Assembly (NCBI GenBank): GCA_951406725.2
Contig: OX597820.1
Coordinates: forward strand, 25,110,001-25,174,000
DNA: 64,000 nt
Direction: 5' to 3'
Source: Octopus vulgaris
Lineage: Eukaryota
Part shown: positions 12,206 to 24,290 of the stretch, piece after piece
How positions within the stretch are numbered: position 1 is the stretch's first letter
Layout of the letters: each line of letters begins with the position of its first letter
Made by a program: the position numbers and the translations under genes
The notes under the pieces: model-generated
Databases searched by the model: none
What the model saw: the letters and a program-made list of their open reading frames with translations, nothing else
What the model was told of the DNA's origin: nothing

Positions 12206-12588
12206 TGGAGGCGCAATGGCCCAGTGGTTAGGGCAGCGGACTCGCGGTCGTAGGATCGCGGTTTCGATTCCCAGACCGGGCGTTGTGAGTGTTTATTGAG
12301 CGAAAACACATAAAAGCTCCACGAGGCTCCGGCAGGGGATGGTGGTGAACCCTGCTGTACTCTTTCACCACAACTTTCTCTCACTCTTACTTTCTGTTTC
12401 TGTTGTACCTGTATTTCAAAGGGCCGGCCTTGTCACTCTCTGTGTCACGCTGAATATCCCCGAGAACTACGTTAAGGGTACACGTGTCTGTGGAGTGCTC
12501 AGCCACTTACACGTTAATTTCACGAGCAGGCTGTTCCGTTGATCAGATCAACCGGAACCCTCGTCATCGTAACCGACGGAGTGCTTCC
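12206..12588 (+). mobile_element. tRNA-derived SINE family C. Copies: 14432-14709, 26347-26637, 50590-50887, 51285-51589
   Basis: tRNA-like head GGAGGCGCAATGGCCCAGTGGTTAGGGCAGCGGACTCGCGG…GGTTTCGATTCC with alternative 3' bodies. Confidence 0.8.
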
Positions 12589-12595
12589 AACCAAC

Positions 12596-12645
<50 letters not shown>

Positions 12646-13288
12646 CCATACTCTTCATCTCCATCATTTTTTTGGAATATGCTTGTTATGGAATAATTCA
12701 TAAAGAGGAAGTTGTTTTAAATAGTAGTGTTAGCTATTTCCAATTTAGTTTTGGATTCAAAATTTTTATAAAGTGTTCTTTTGCCTTTAGTAATTGAACA
12801 TCTTCCTCCCTTAGAAATATTTTGAATTGTACATTTGCATGAATGTCTAGATGTTTCACTACATGAAACAACACAAAAAGATGAATCTTTGATTTGTTGC
12901 TTATATACTGTAACATGATATATTGATATTAACCCTTTAGTATTTAAACCAGCCATATCCATCCCAAATATTCTATGTGTTTAATGTTCAAACTAACCAA
13001 TTTCAGCCTCTCACACTTACCATATAATGTCAATTTAAAAATATACTATCACATCTCTTTACTCTCTTCACTCTTTTACTTGTTTCAGTCCTTTGACCAT
13101 GGCCATGCTGGAGCACCGCCTTTTAGTCGAGCAAATCGACTCCAGGACTTATTCTTTGTAAGCCTAGAACTTATTCTATCAGTCACTTTTGCCGAACCAC
13201 TAAGTTATGGGGATGTAAACACACCAGCATTGGCTGTCAAGCGATGTTGAGGGGACAAACACAGACACACAAACATACACACACACAC

Positions 13289-13331
<43 letters not shown>

Positions 13332-13945
13332 TATATATGATGGGCTTCTTTCAGTTTCCGCCTACCAAATCCGCTCACAAGGCTTTGGTCTGCCCGAGGC
13401 TATAGTAGAAGACACTTGCCCAAGGTGCCACGCAGTTGGACTGAACCCAGAACAATGTGGTTCGTAAGCAAGCTACTTACCACTCAGCCACTCCTACACA
13501 TCCTACATCATTGAAATCCATAAGTGAAATAATGCATAACTAATTCAAATCAATTTGAATAAATAAACATTATTCTTGGCAGAATAATCTGAACATTATA
13601 GGATTAATTTCATTTCCATTTGATTGAGATAATTCTCATGATGTGGCAAATGAGATTTTTTTGCAATTCATATTTGCATTAACCTTCAGATTTTTTTTTC
13701 CCAATTTTGATGGTTCCCTGTTCAATAATTTCACATGTCCCACAACAAATATCTAAGCAGTTTGCTACCTGCATTATTTCTTCTTCTGATGTGAATTTAA
13801 CCTTTGTTAGTACAAACACACAAATATCAATATTCCATTTTGCAGTCACCATAATCCCAGAAAGCTCAACACCTTACATTCAGCCAAACAATACCTTTCA
13901 ATTTTACCAATTTCATGCCAATCATCAAATCTCAAAAAATTAATT

Positions 13946-14128
13946 AAAGAATCTCTATCGTTCAACCTTATGCTCAAAGAATCTGTACCATTCTACCTTA
14001 TGCTCAAAGAATCTCTATCGTTCTACCTTATGCTCAAAGAATCTCTATCGTTCTACCTTATGCTCAAAGAATCTCTATCGTTCTACCTTATGCTCAAAGA
14101 ATCTCTATCGTTCTACCTTATGCTCAAA
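13946..14128. repeat. Minisatellite, 6 x 30 bp (AAAGAATCTCTATCGTTCTACCTTATGCTC), inside a piggyBac-like MITE
   Basis: Direct reading; units nearly identical. Confidence 0.95.
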
Positions 14129-14952
14129 CTGGCCATATTTGGCTTCTCACACCAACCTTACAAGATCATTCTAAAAATTAACAGTTACCTCGTCAGAATA
14201 TCAACGTCACAAGGTAATGCATCATTAATTCAAAACAGTGTGAATAGGTAAGAGTAGCATTTGATAGAATAATATAAACATTAAAGGGTTAAGGCTTAAC
14301 TTCAACCAGAATTAATAAGGAAGACAAAAAGAGAAAAAGAAACTATAAAAACAGACAAGTAGGATAAAAAAAAAAGAAAAGTAAGTGAAAATATGAGGGA
14401 ACTGATATTATTTCATCACACATTTAGTCATTGTTTGTTCCTTCTCAAGCCACGCCTAGCTCATAAGGGCTAGTTTCCCAGTTTCCTTGGTGTATAGGTC
14501 CATTGCAGGTGAGCTGCAAGATGCAGGAGGAAAGAGTGAGAGAAAGTCATGGTGAAAGAGTCAGCAGAAGTTCGCCATTACCTTCTTCCAGAGCCGCGTG
14601 GAGCTTAGGTGCTTCACTCATAAACACACACATCACCTGGTCTGAGGTTCGAACCCGTGGTCCCTCGACCACGAGTCCACTGCTCTAACCACTAGGCCGT
14701 GTGCCTCCATTGGACACTGAAAAGTTTCATCTTTATGTTGTCATTTGACAGAAGATTGTTGTTATTCTTAAACCCCAGGTCAATCATGATCAAACAGACC
14801 AATGAATAAAGACAAGTTGTGCTAAACCCATATTTTGCTTATTTCAGGTATAGTGTATCTAGGACTGTTTAATTCAATTATTCATTGATAAAGATAGAGA
14901 CAGGTGATGCAAAGGAGAAATAAATACAGAAACCTGTATTTCAAATACTTAC

Positions 14953-15180
14953 ACTTGATTTCTGTAACCTCTCTTTCAATGCTTTTAGTTGTTCTGCACG
15001 TTTATTGCGGGCATCCTTTATGGCTGCCTTAACTTTTAGGTGCATGTGTACTCTTTTGATAAAACTTGCCAGTAAAGCACCACCTGATGCCAACAGGATT
15101 ACATATAAACCTGGTTCTATGTAAGGATATACCTCTGCAGGTATATAAAGCTGACAGTATTTACGAAGAGTGTCCTCCAT
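14953..15180 (-). CDS. FAAH: FAAH-like amidase, coding exon 1 (ATG at 15180; N-terminal hydrophobic anchor PGLYVILLASGGALLASFIKRV)
   Basis: 228 nt = 76 codons. Acceptor TTTTCAG at 15187-15188 lies 6 nt upstream of the ATG; donor GTAAGT at 14952. Phase 0 joins the next exon. Confidence 0.85.
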
Positions 15181-16919
15181 CTTTCACTGAAAATAAACAG
15201 ACATATAATAATTAACATCACAACACACCACCCATGCACCAGCATTGACCAATTCCCATCCCCACATTTTCACACCTACACATACATACACACACATGTC
15301 CAGACCACCAGCCCTCTTTCACATGCACATATGTACTCTCTCATACACACACGCACTTTCGTGTTGGGGGTCATATTTATTTTGTTATCTTCCCTACTTC
15401 TTTGCACTCCTGTGTGACCCTTCTGTCCAGCAGTCGCCATGATAGATCGGTAGCCACTACACACAATTTTTTTCTCTCCTTGTTTTTTTTCTGTGTCCCT
15501 TTCTGTAGAAGAGCGTAGGCTTGAAATGTAAAAGAATTTTTCAATTCCTGAGTGTTATACTAATACATCTGTTTGTTTTGTACACCACCTGTCTTCGTCT
15601 TTTGTTTTTTTTCATGAATTCTCTCTACAATAATTAACATAAGCAAAAGACATACCAGAAGACATCTTGACAAGATATTTTACTCAGTATCAATTCTAAG
15701 TTTCCTCATATTTGTCATCATCTATCTTCCATGTTTAATGCTGGCATGGGTTGGATGGTTTGACAGTGTACACTGGGTTCAATGATTGTATCATGTCCCA
15801 GTGTCTATTTTGGTATGGTTTCTTATTTCTTTATTGCCCACAAGGGGCTAAACATAGATGGGACAAACAAGGACAGACAAAGGGATTAAGTCGATCACAT
15901 TGACCCCAGTGCGTAACTGGTACTTAATTTATCGACCCCGAAAGGATGAAAGGCAAAGTCGACCTTGGCAGAATTTGAACTCAGAACGTAAAGACAGACA
16001 AAATACCACTAAGCATTTCGCCCGGTGTGCTAACGTTTCTGCCAGCCCGCCACTGGTTTCTGTAACTGGATGGTATTCCTAATGCCAGCCATTTTACAGC
16101 GTGTCCTGGGAGCCTTTTTTTGTGCAACCAGCACCAGTGACGTCTCCATGCAGCTTACAAAACAGTGAACCCTGGTGGGAGGAAGTTGGCTTTATGCTAA
16201 AAGATAAAGGGCTGAAGTATGAGAGGTGGATGGGAAAGCAGATTCTTATATAAGAGCTATATAGCTACTAACATTTAGAAGAGAGCGTGGAACTGATCAG
16301 GAGAAGCTGCAAAGGGATAAATAGTGGTGATTAGGTGTTCAGGTAGCCTTTCAAGGCACAAGATACATAAAAGTGAGTGAGGACATTAATCTGATGGTTT
16401 AATCTATACATTATTGGGGTACAAGTTTATTATTCTTAAACAAGGATGTCATTGACAGTGACTTCAAAGTTTTGACCAACTAAGCCATCATTTGACTGCA
16501 GTGCATTAGAGTGTTGCTTTTGTATAATCTCTGCTGAGTTAAAATCATCTTTGTTTGTGTAGGAGAGAAAATATATTATATTATATTCAACAGAAGACCT
16601 GTTGAGTCAGGTAAAACCAAATTCGTGGTTGTGGCCAGTGCCTTCTGATTGGCTCTCATACTGGTGGTACGTAAAATGTACCATCTGAACACAGTCGATG
16701 CAAGTGACTCCTGACTGGCTCCCATGCTGGTGGTACGTAAAAAGCTCCATCAGAATGTGGTGAATGCCAGGTCACCCTGACTGGCTCCCATACTGGTGGC
16801 ACGCAAAAAGCATCATCCGAACGTGCGCGATCCCAGTGCCCACTGACTGGCTCCTGTGCCAGTGACATATAAAAAGCATGTCTTACAATATGTGTATACT
16901 TAGTTATGGGACACCCTGT

Positions 16920-17100
<181 letters not shown>

Positions 17101-17620
17101 TACGGGGCACGAAGGGTAAATTGTCGCCATTTTATATTTTTAATTTCATGTATGCACATTGTTTTTGATTTTGTCAACCACACAGTATAGAAGGTTCAGA
17201 TGGGCACCGTCTGTGAGAAAAATATGTGCATGTAAAATAGCATGTAAATTTAAATAAAAGGAAAGAACGATACTTAAATATGCAAGGGAAGAATTATATA
17301 ATAAAATGAATGACGGATAAGTTTGATAGTAAAAAGAATATAACTCAACCATTATAGATGAATTATTTTCAATGGTTTGGTATTAGATACAGTTCAAGAA
17401 AACTATGGATGCATAGCATTCACATCATATTGTGTCGTATTTAAAATCAAGTGTAGACAAAAATTTGAAAAATTTGACCGCTATGGTATGCACATGTGAA
17501 CCTTTAGTCATCAATATATAAAATGCATGTATTCATATTTATGTATCTATATAGTTGCAGGTGTGTGTGTATGGGGGGCTTAGTTTCCTGGCAACCAATA
17601 CTTTTAGACCCAGTTCACCA

Positions 17621-17652
<32 letters not shown>

Positions 17653-17654
<2 letters not shown>

Positions 17655-18168
17655 TTTATAAAAATAGGGTAAAGTAAAATAATTTACTTTACCACACACC
17701 GAGCTTTTTAGAAATAGCAGCCAAAAATATGGCTATTTCTTCTACTGCAAGAAAAAGTCTCCCAGACAATGCATACTCAGAAATAACTCACATAGGTATA
17801 AGGGAAAAACAACGAAAGATCACATTCATATAAGATACCCGAGGACAGCCTGTTTCTGGATTAGTTGATTAAACGCCAACATTTCTTTCATCAGCTCAGA
17901 GATTTCTTCTGATTTAGATTTGAAAGTACTAAGAATCAAACATACCCGTCCGATATAGGTAACACCGGACAAACCATGCCAGACCACCAGTACTAGCGAA
18001 TCCAAAAATACAAATGAGATCCAGTATTCTCCCTGTCCACCCACTTGAGTCACAGAGTAGTGCATTCCTACAGAGGCAAAACTGTAGTTCAAATTCTTGG
18101 GGAGAAAGCATTATATTGTCAATAAAAAAGGGTAGAATTAATTAATTATTAATTAATTCGACCGAATT
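17653..18168 (-). mobile_element. Penelope-like pLTR remnant between two (TA)n tracts
   Basis: Contains a hammerhead motif (17838-17901); TA arrays on both sides; inverted flank duplication. Confidence 0.6.
17838..17901 (-). ncRNA. Type I hammerhead-ribozyme motif with canonical core
   Basis: CTCTGAG-CTGATGA-…GTTGG/TCAAC…-GAAACAGGCTGTC-CTCGGG; GUC cleavage triplet; near-palindromic stem III. Confidence 0.7.
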
Positions 18169-18595
18169 TATATATATATATATATAAAGTGGTGAACTGG
18201 GTCTAAAAGTATTGGTTGCCAGGAAACTAACCCCCCCCCACACACACACACACACACACCTGCAACTACACTGCTATCGTTTAATTTTTTTCTTTTTTTC
18301 TTTTTTGTTAAAAGTATTCTTCTCAACAGTCAACAAACACAACCAGGCTGAAATAATTAATGCATTCTTCCAGGAGTGAATTAAAAATTCTCATACTTGT
18401 GGAGATGGGCCCCTTAGATACTAACATAGGCCCCGCCATATTTGGATTCTAATGGCACAGGGGCCCACTTGCCATCAGGCAAGCTGGCAACCTGGCCAGT
18501 CTGCCACTGTATATATATATAAGCATACATACATACATACTTCAATATATATGTATATAATTTACACATATACATAAATTCACACAAAATATATT

Positions 18596-18635
<40 letters not shown>

Positions 18636-18737
18636 GTCAAAATATATATATATATATTAAATATATTTTCATTTATCTATTATCAGAAAGGTTAAGTTCG
18701 AGTACATTACTGGAAATTTAATATATATATATATATG

Positions 18738-19976
18738 TTGGGTCATCCCATAAATAATGCAGTTTTTTAATACGTCTTTTATTTTTCAAAATGAAGGCAA
18801 ACAAAGTTCTTTTTTAATCTAAAATATATTATTCTTCATTTTCTACAATGTTTTTCCATCTATCTGGAAGACTTTCAAGGCCCCACTTCCAAAATTTATC
18901 TGTGATGAAAAATACTTCTTGTCTACAGCATTCATATTTTTTCCATCCAAATGATTTTGAAGATGGTGGAGTAAATGATAATCAGACGGGGAAATGTCCA
19001 GTGAATATGGTGGGTGGGGCATCATTTCCCATTCAAACAACTCCAGCCTTTGAATGTCATCCTCGCTGTATGTGGCTGAGCATTGTCCTTATGGAAGAAT
19101 ACCTTTCATCTTGAAACCAAAGATGGTTGTTTTTCTGATGGTCATTTTTCTGACTTAAGCCATTCAAACTACTAACAGTAGATCTCATTTGTTATTGTTT
19201 GGCTTGGGTTTAAAAGTTCAAAGTGGACTAACCCTTTCATACCCCATCATACAGATAACAATACCTTATGTGAGTGAAGACCTTCTTTAGCCTGGGGGTG
19301 CCTGTGTTTCTCCTTTCCTTAACGACTGTCTTCAGTGTTTGACATTTTTATAGGGAACCCATTTCTTGTCACCAGTCACTATTCAGTCCAAAACTGGTTC
19401 GTTCATGAGACATGACAGCAAAGAAGAGTGCACATTCACTCTCTGTGCACAATTAGACTCAGAAAGTTTGTGAGAAACCCACTGACTCAATTTGCTGACT
19501 TTCCAATGGCACATAGGTGTCGATGAATGGTTGAATAACCAAATCCAAGCTTCTCTGCTATCAACAGTTACGATGGTATTTTGTCCTACCAGTGTTTGCA
19601 GGACGTCCTTGTCGTGCTCTACAGATCTTCCAGGATGAGGCTTGTCTTCTAGGCTGTAGTTTCTGGCTTAGAATTTCTGGAACCACCGTTGACACTGGCT
19701 TACACTTATTGTCCGATCCCCATATACTGCAGTACTATTCCTCACAGTTTCTGTTGCATTGTTGCCTTTATTGAACTGCTAAAACAAAATATGCCGAATA
19801 TGCTCCTTTGTCACTTCCATTTAAGTTTAAAAAAAAAAACAACTGTTAAAATCGAACTGCACTCTTGAAAACAGGCACTGTGTATAAGCACAAGGTAAAA
19901 TTACTACCTGCTTTTATAGCAAGTTGGTAGTTTAGTTATGCAATTGAAAAAACTGCATTATTTATGGAATGACCAA
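18738..19976 (-). mobile_element. Full-length degenerate mariner (Tc1/mariner), about 1.24 kb
   Basis: TIRs GGTCATCCCATAAATAATGCAGTTTTTT / AAAAAACTGCATTATTTATGGAATGACC with TA context; HPPYS.DISPSDYHL motif. Confidence 0.9.
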
Positions 19977-20253
19977 ATATATATAAATATATACTTAAAT
20001 TAAGGGCATTACTATACATAAATGCCTCACACAAGGAGGGACTCTTAAATTCAAAACTACCATAATAAATCAACACATTTATTATGGTAGTTTTGACTTT
20101 AAGAGTCCCTCCTAGTGTGAGGCATTTATGTATAGTAATGCCCTTAATATAAGTAAATATATTTATGAGGAATAATTTATGGGTTTTTCCCTTATGAGGT
20201 TTTTCACGCTAACAACTTGATAAATTCTTATAAAGATTTTATCCTATTTTTCA

Positions 20254-20304
<51 letters not shown>

Positions 20305-20840
20305 GCATAGATAGATAGATAAGAATCAGAACAATTCTTACCCATGGGGAAGCACTTATCTAATGACTGACAAGGGAAACAAGCTCCCTACTGAAAGTGA
20401 AACAGAACTAGATCACAGATGATTTCAGATTTGATTAATCCCCATCAGTGGCTGTCACCCAGTTGCCGAGGGTTAAAGGGTGGATGGACAAACAGCCGAA
20501 CAGATAAACAGACAGACATTTAGATAATCTTTATATAAATATATTTGAAGTTTACAAACAAAGACAGACATGCAAAATATGAGTATTAGAGGAGCAATAA
20601 AATGCTGCTTAAAATGTTTAGCAAATATCAAAAAAGACTTAAGGTGTATATTTATAAAACTACTTTACTAACTTACATCCAGAATAATATAAATACAAAA
20701 TAGATATATGCGTGAATATAGTTTACAAATTTATTTCTCATTTTCTGAAAACCTTATTGTTCACTCATTTATATATTGTTCCTATTTTTATTAATATATA
20801 TCATTCATTTTTTTTTTCCTGTTAGTAAATTAAATCTTAC

Positions 20841-20960
20841 CTTATTGCAATCGTCTGCACAGCTTACCTTATCATTCACGACTTCAAGAAAAGTTAACTG
20901 AGGCAATATAAATAAAAACGTTTACACAACTGTAAAGTTGTGAGATTACTAGAAGAAAAA
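20841..20960 (-). other. Candidate non-coding first (5' UTR) exon of the FAAH-like gene
   Basis: Exon 14953..15186 has an acceptor upstream of its ATG, so an upstream exon is expected. Two strong donors, AAG|GTAAGA (20840) and AAG|GTAAGC (20867), sit in a repeat-free stretch. The upstream boundary is a guess. Confidence 0.35.
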
Positions 20961-21347
20961 GGCGTACCATAAATAATATTATTGGAAAGAATATATCTAG
21001 CTGTTGGAGCATAGCATTACTTATACCAGTATATCGAGTAAACAACAAATCTATGATAAACACTATCAAATTTATCTCTCATCTACTAATTATTCATCTA
21101 CTGTCATATAATGACCTCTAGTTTGTTAACTTCTACAACAAACTCAATGAAATAAAAATAGATATCTGTGTGGGTGGGTAGGTGTAAAATGTGTACAAAA
21201 GTAGTGTACTTTTTAATCTTTTTATATGTGTCAGCTCTAGGTCTCCACCAGTGTAATCACATTTTTCAATAGACAATTTTATGTCATTGACTTTTAGTGA
21301 AAGAGGGAGTTCAACACTGCTGCCCTCTTTTGAGTTTCCTGCCTTAT

Positions 21348-24290
21348 AATAATAATAATAATAATTGTGTACAGTGCTCAGGTGCACTACAACTCATCTA
21401 AAGTGTATATATAATCAGGTGAAGTTTCGGCGGATTTCGGAAAGCATGAGGGCCTTAAAAGATGCAGTGTCATGGCAGTCAACAACTGACGCAGGCAGTT
21501 TATTCCATGCTTCAGCAACTCTGAGCGTGAAAAAATGTTTCCGAAAGTCATGGGAGCTGTATTGTTTTCTGACTTTGTAGGCATGTCCACATGTGTTAGA
21601 CACATGGAGATCAAAAAGGTGTTCAGTGTTGTTGTTGGTGAGGTGGTTGATAACTTTGTGGGTGTTTACCAAGTCCGTCGCCAAACGCCGGAGCTTCAGT
21701 GAATCCATGCCCAGGGAAACAAGGCGCTCAGAATATGGTAGGTGTCTGATGGAGGGTATGCGTTTGGTTGCACGTCTCTGGACAGATTCCAGGAGGTCAA
21801 TGTTCTGTGCAAGATAGGGGTTCCAAACTGATGATGCGAATTCCAAGTGTGGTCGTACCATAGCTGTATACAGTTTTAAATAGATGGCTGGAGAGCGGCT
21901 AACAAAAGACCTGCTGAGTGATGCCAAGACACCCTCGGCCTTCCTGACAATCTTAGAGATATGCTTTGACCAACGCAAATCACTGCTGACAGTGATGCCT
22001 AGGTCACGCTCGCAAGAGGATTTCTTGATATCAGTGTTGTGGAGGGAGTATGTGAACGCAGGGTTTTTTCTCCCAAAATGCATGGTGGTACACTTGTCCA
22101 CAGCCAGTTTCAGTTGCCAGTCTGTGATCCATTGCTGCATTGTGTCTAGGTCTGATTGCAGGAAAGAGTTGTAGACATCAGGATCTGTCCTCTTGATTTC
22201 AAGGTACAGCTTGATGTCGTCTGCATATTTCAATACTGTGGCATTCCTTAAATTGGCATCTATGTCGTTAATGTATGCCACAAACAAGAGGGGGCCAAGG
22301 ACAGATCCCTGTGGTACACCCGATGACATCTCATATGGTGTAGAGTGCTGTCCTAGAACTGTGACTACCTCCTTTCGGCTGAGGATGAAGGATTTCAACC
22401 AGTTAAAAAGGTCATCCCCCACACCCATTGCAGAGAGTTTCACCATAAGCCTTTTGTGTGGCACAGAGTTGAAAGCCTTAGCAAAGTCAAGGTAGACAAC
22501 ATCCACCCATGAGCCACTGTCAGTAATCTGAGTAATGTCCTCAAGGAACTCGACAAGCTGGTCACTGCAGCTGGAGTTAGGGACAAATCCATATTGTGAG
22601 GGTCGGATGAGACTGTGAGAGCTCCAGAAGTTCCAGAGTGTTTCTCTGACACACGATTCCATCAGTTTTGCAATACAGCTAGTGAGACTGACTGGGCGAT
22701 AGTTGACAGGTGATGTGCGGTCGCCCTTTTTGAACAGAGGAATGACACTGGCAGTTTTCCACTGCTCCGGAGTAGCACCATTGTTGAGACAGTACTGGAA
22801 GAAAATAGAAAGCTGGTGTAAAAGGAAGTGCCTGCCACGTTTGAGAAGCAGGTATGTAACTCCATCGAGACCAGGGGAGGCATAGTTGCGCTTATTTTGA
22901 AGGTGACGTCGCAGCATTGCAGGTGTAAATTCCATAGTTGTTATGGAGTTTGCTGTTAGTGATGGTGAAGATGGTACATTTTGACTTTCAACAGTGAATA
23001 TGTTTGCATAGCACTCGGCAATGAGTTCTGCGCATTCCTTGGGGTCGTCAGTGATCTGGTTTGTGTGAGGGTTGTGAAGAGGGCCCACTGGAGAGTGAGG
23101 TCTCTGCTTTGAGTGCACATATTTCCAGAAAACCTTGCTGTCAGGATTGGCTGCTATGCACTGTTCAAATTCAAGCACTGCTTTTTTTGTCACTTGCTTG
23201 AGATGGTTGGAGGATTTATTCCGCTTCTTCCTGTTGGTGTCTGATTTATGCAACCTGTATTCCCGTTCAGCAGTCCGACGTTCCCTCCTGGCAAGTCGGA
23301 CCGCTGAAGTTTCCCAAATTGCCCTTTTGGGGCGGTTCTTCTTTTTTGTTTACGTGGCACTGATGCTGCACATGCTGCCCATATTGAGTCCAGGATACTC
23401 TGGAGTATAGTATTCACATCTCCAGAGTTGTAGAATTCACGCCAGTTTGGGTGCTGTAGTTCAGTGTGGTACAGGTTCCAATCTGCTCTCTTCCAATCGA
23501 AGGAAGCAGATTGGAGATGGTTCAGGTTTTTGTTGCCCGCAAGAGCCAGATTGGCGATGATCATAGCATGATCAGAGTCACCTAGAGGTTCCTCCGTAGT
23601 GCAATTGATAACCGCTTCAGGAGTTGTGGTGAAGAGCAGGTCCAAGGTGTTGTCGCCTCTTGTTGGAGAGGTGACTACTTGTGACCAGTTTGAGTCCAGC
23701 ACAAGCTCAACAAAATCGTTTGCACTCTGTGGCCAATGGAAGGTCTCCCAATCGATCTCAGGATGATTGAAATCGCCTGCAATAAACACATAAGTGGCTG
23801 TTTTCCTGGCAGCAGCTCGGAGGACATTGCAAAGCTGTGTGTCCCGATGGTAACTTGGGGGACGATAAACAACGCCAAGCAGGAGTGTTGACATGGTCAT
23901 ACGCACGTCACAGAAAAAAACTTCTTCTTGTGATTCGTTCAAATCGGCACAAGGAAAAATTTGAACGAACGTAGACCATCACACCACCACCACGGCGGTT
24001 AGTGCGGTCCTTACGGAAGAGGTTGTACCCCGTAATGTTGAAAACCCCATCACAGAGTAAGGAATGCGCCCATGTTTCCGTGACAGTGATGAAGTCAGGG
24101 TCAACACTTCTGACGTAGGCGTTGAACAAATGTATTTTGTTGCATAAACTGCGAGCATTTAAGGACAACAATTTGTACCCTGCTCGCAGTTTATGATGGT
24201 GTGTAGAGGATGGCAGGTTGTTCTGGCTTAGTTTCCCTGAGTTGCTGTAGTTTTTTTAGTTATTGTGGGTAGAGAGCACTCAGACCAGCT
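21348..24290 (-). mobile_element. CR1/L2-clade LINE, 5'-truncated. Near-complete ORF2 (APE endonuclease + RT) with about 2 frameshifts; probable ORF1 tail ending QGN* at 24228
   Basis: APE motifs NARSL, TETW, GGGV, VYRPP, GDFN, LDL, SDH. RT motifs NYRPVSL, LDFAKAF, GVPQGSVLGP, YADD. Short 3' UTR with GTGCACCTGAGCAC stem and (TTA)n tail. Frameshifts near 23925 and 23340. Confidence 0.93.

Noticed and set aside
12206-12280. tRNA gene
   Set aside because: The tRNA-like head continues into a repeated SINE body and lacks a proper acceptor stem.
13946-14128. 30-bp repeats resembling a CRISPR array or a repeat protein (MLKESLSFYL)n
   Set aside because: Contiguous units with no spacers, no cas genes, eukaryotic context; a plain minisatellite.
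21593-22885. Plus-strand ORFs overlapping the LINE
   Set aside because: Antisense shadow frames of the RT ORF.
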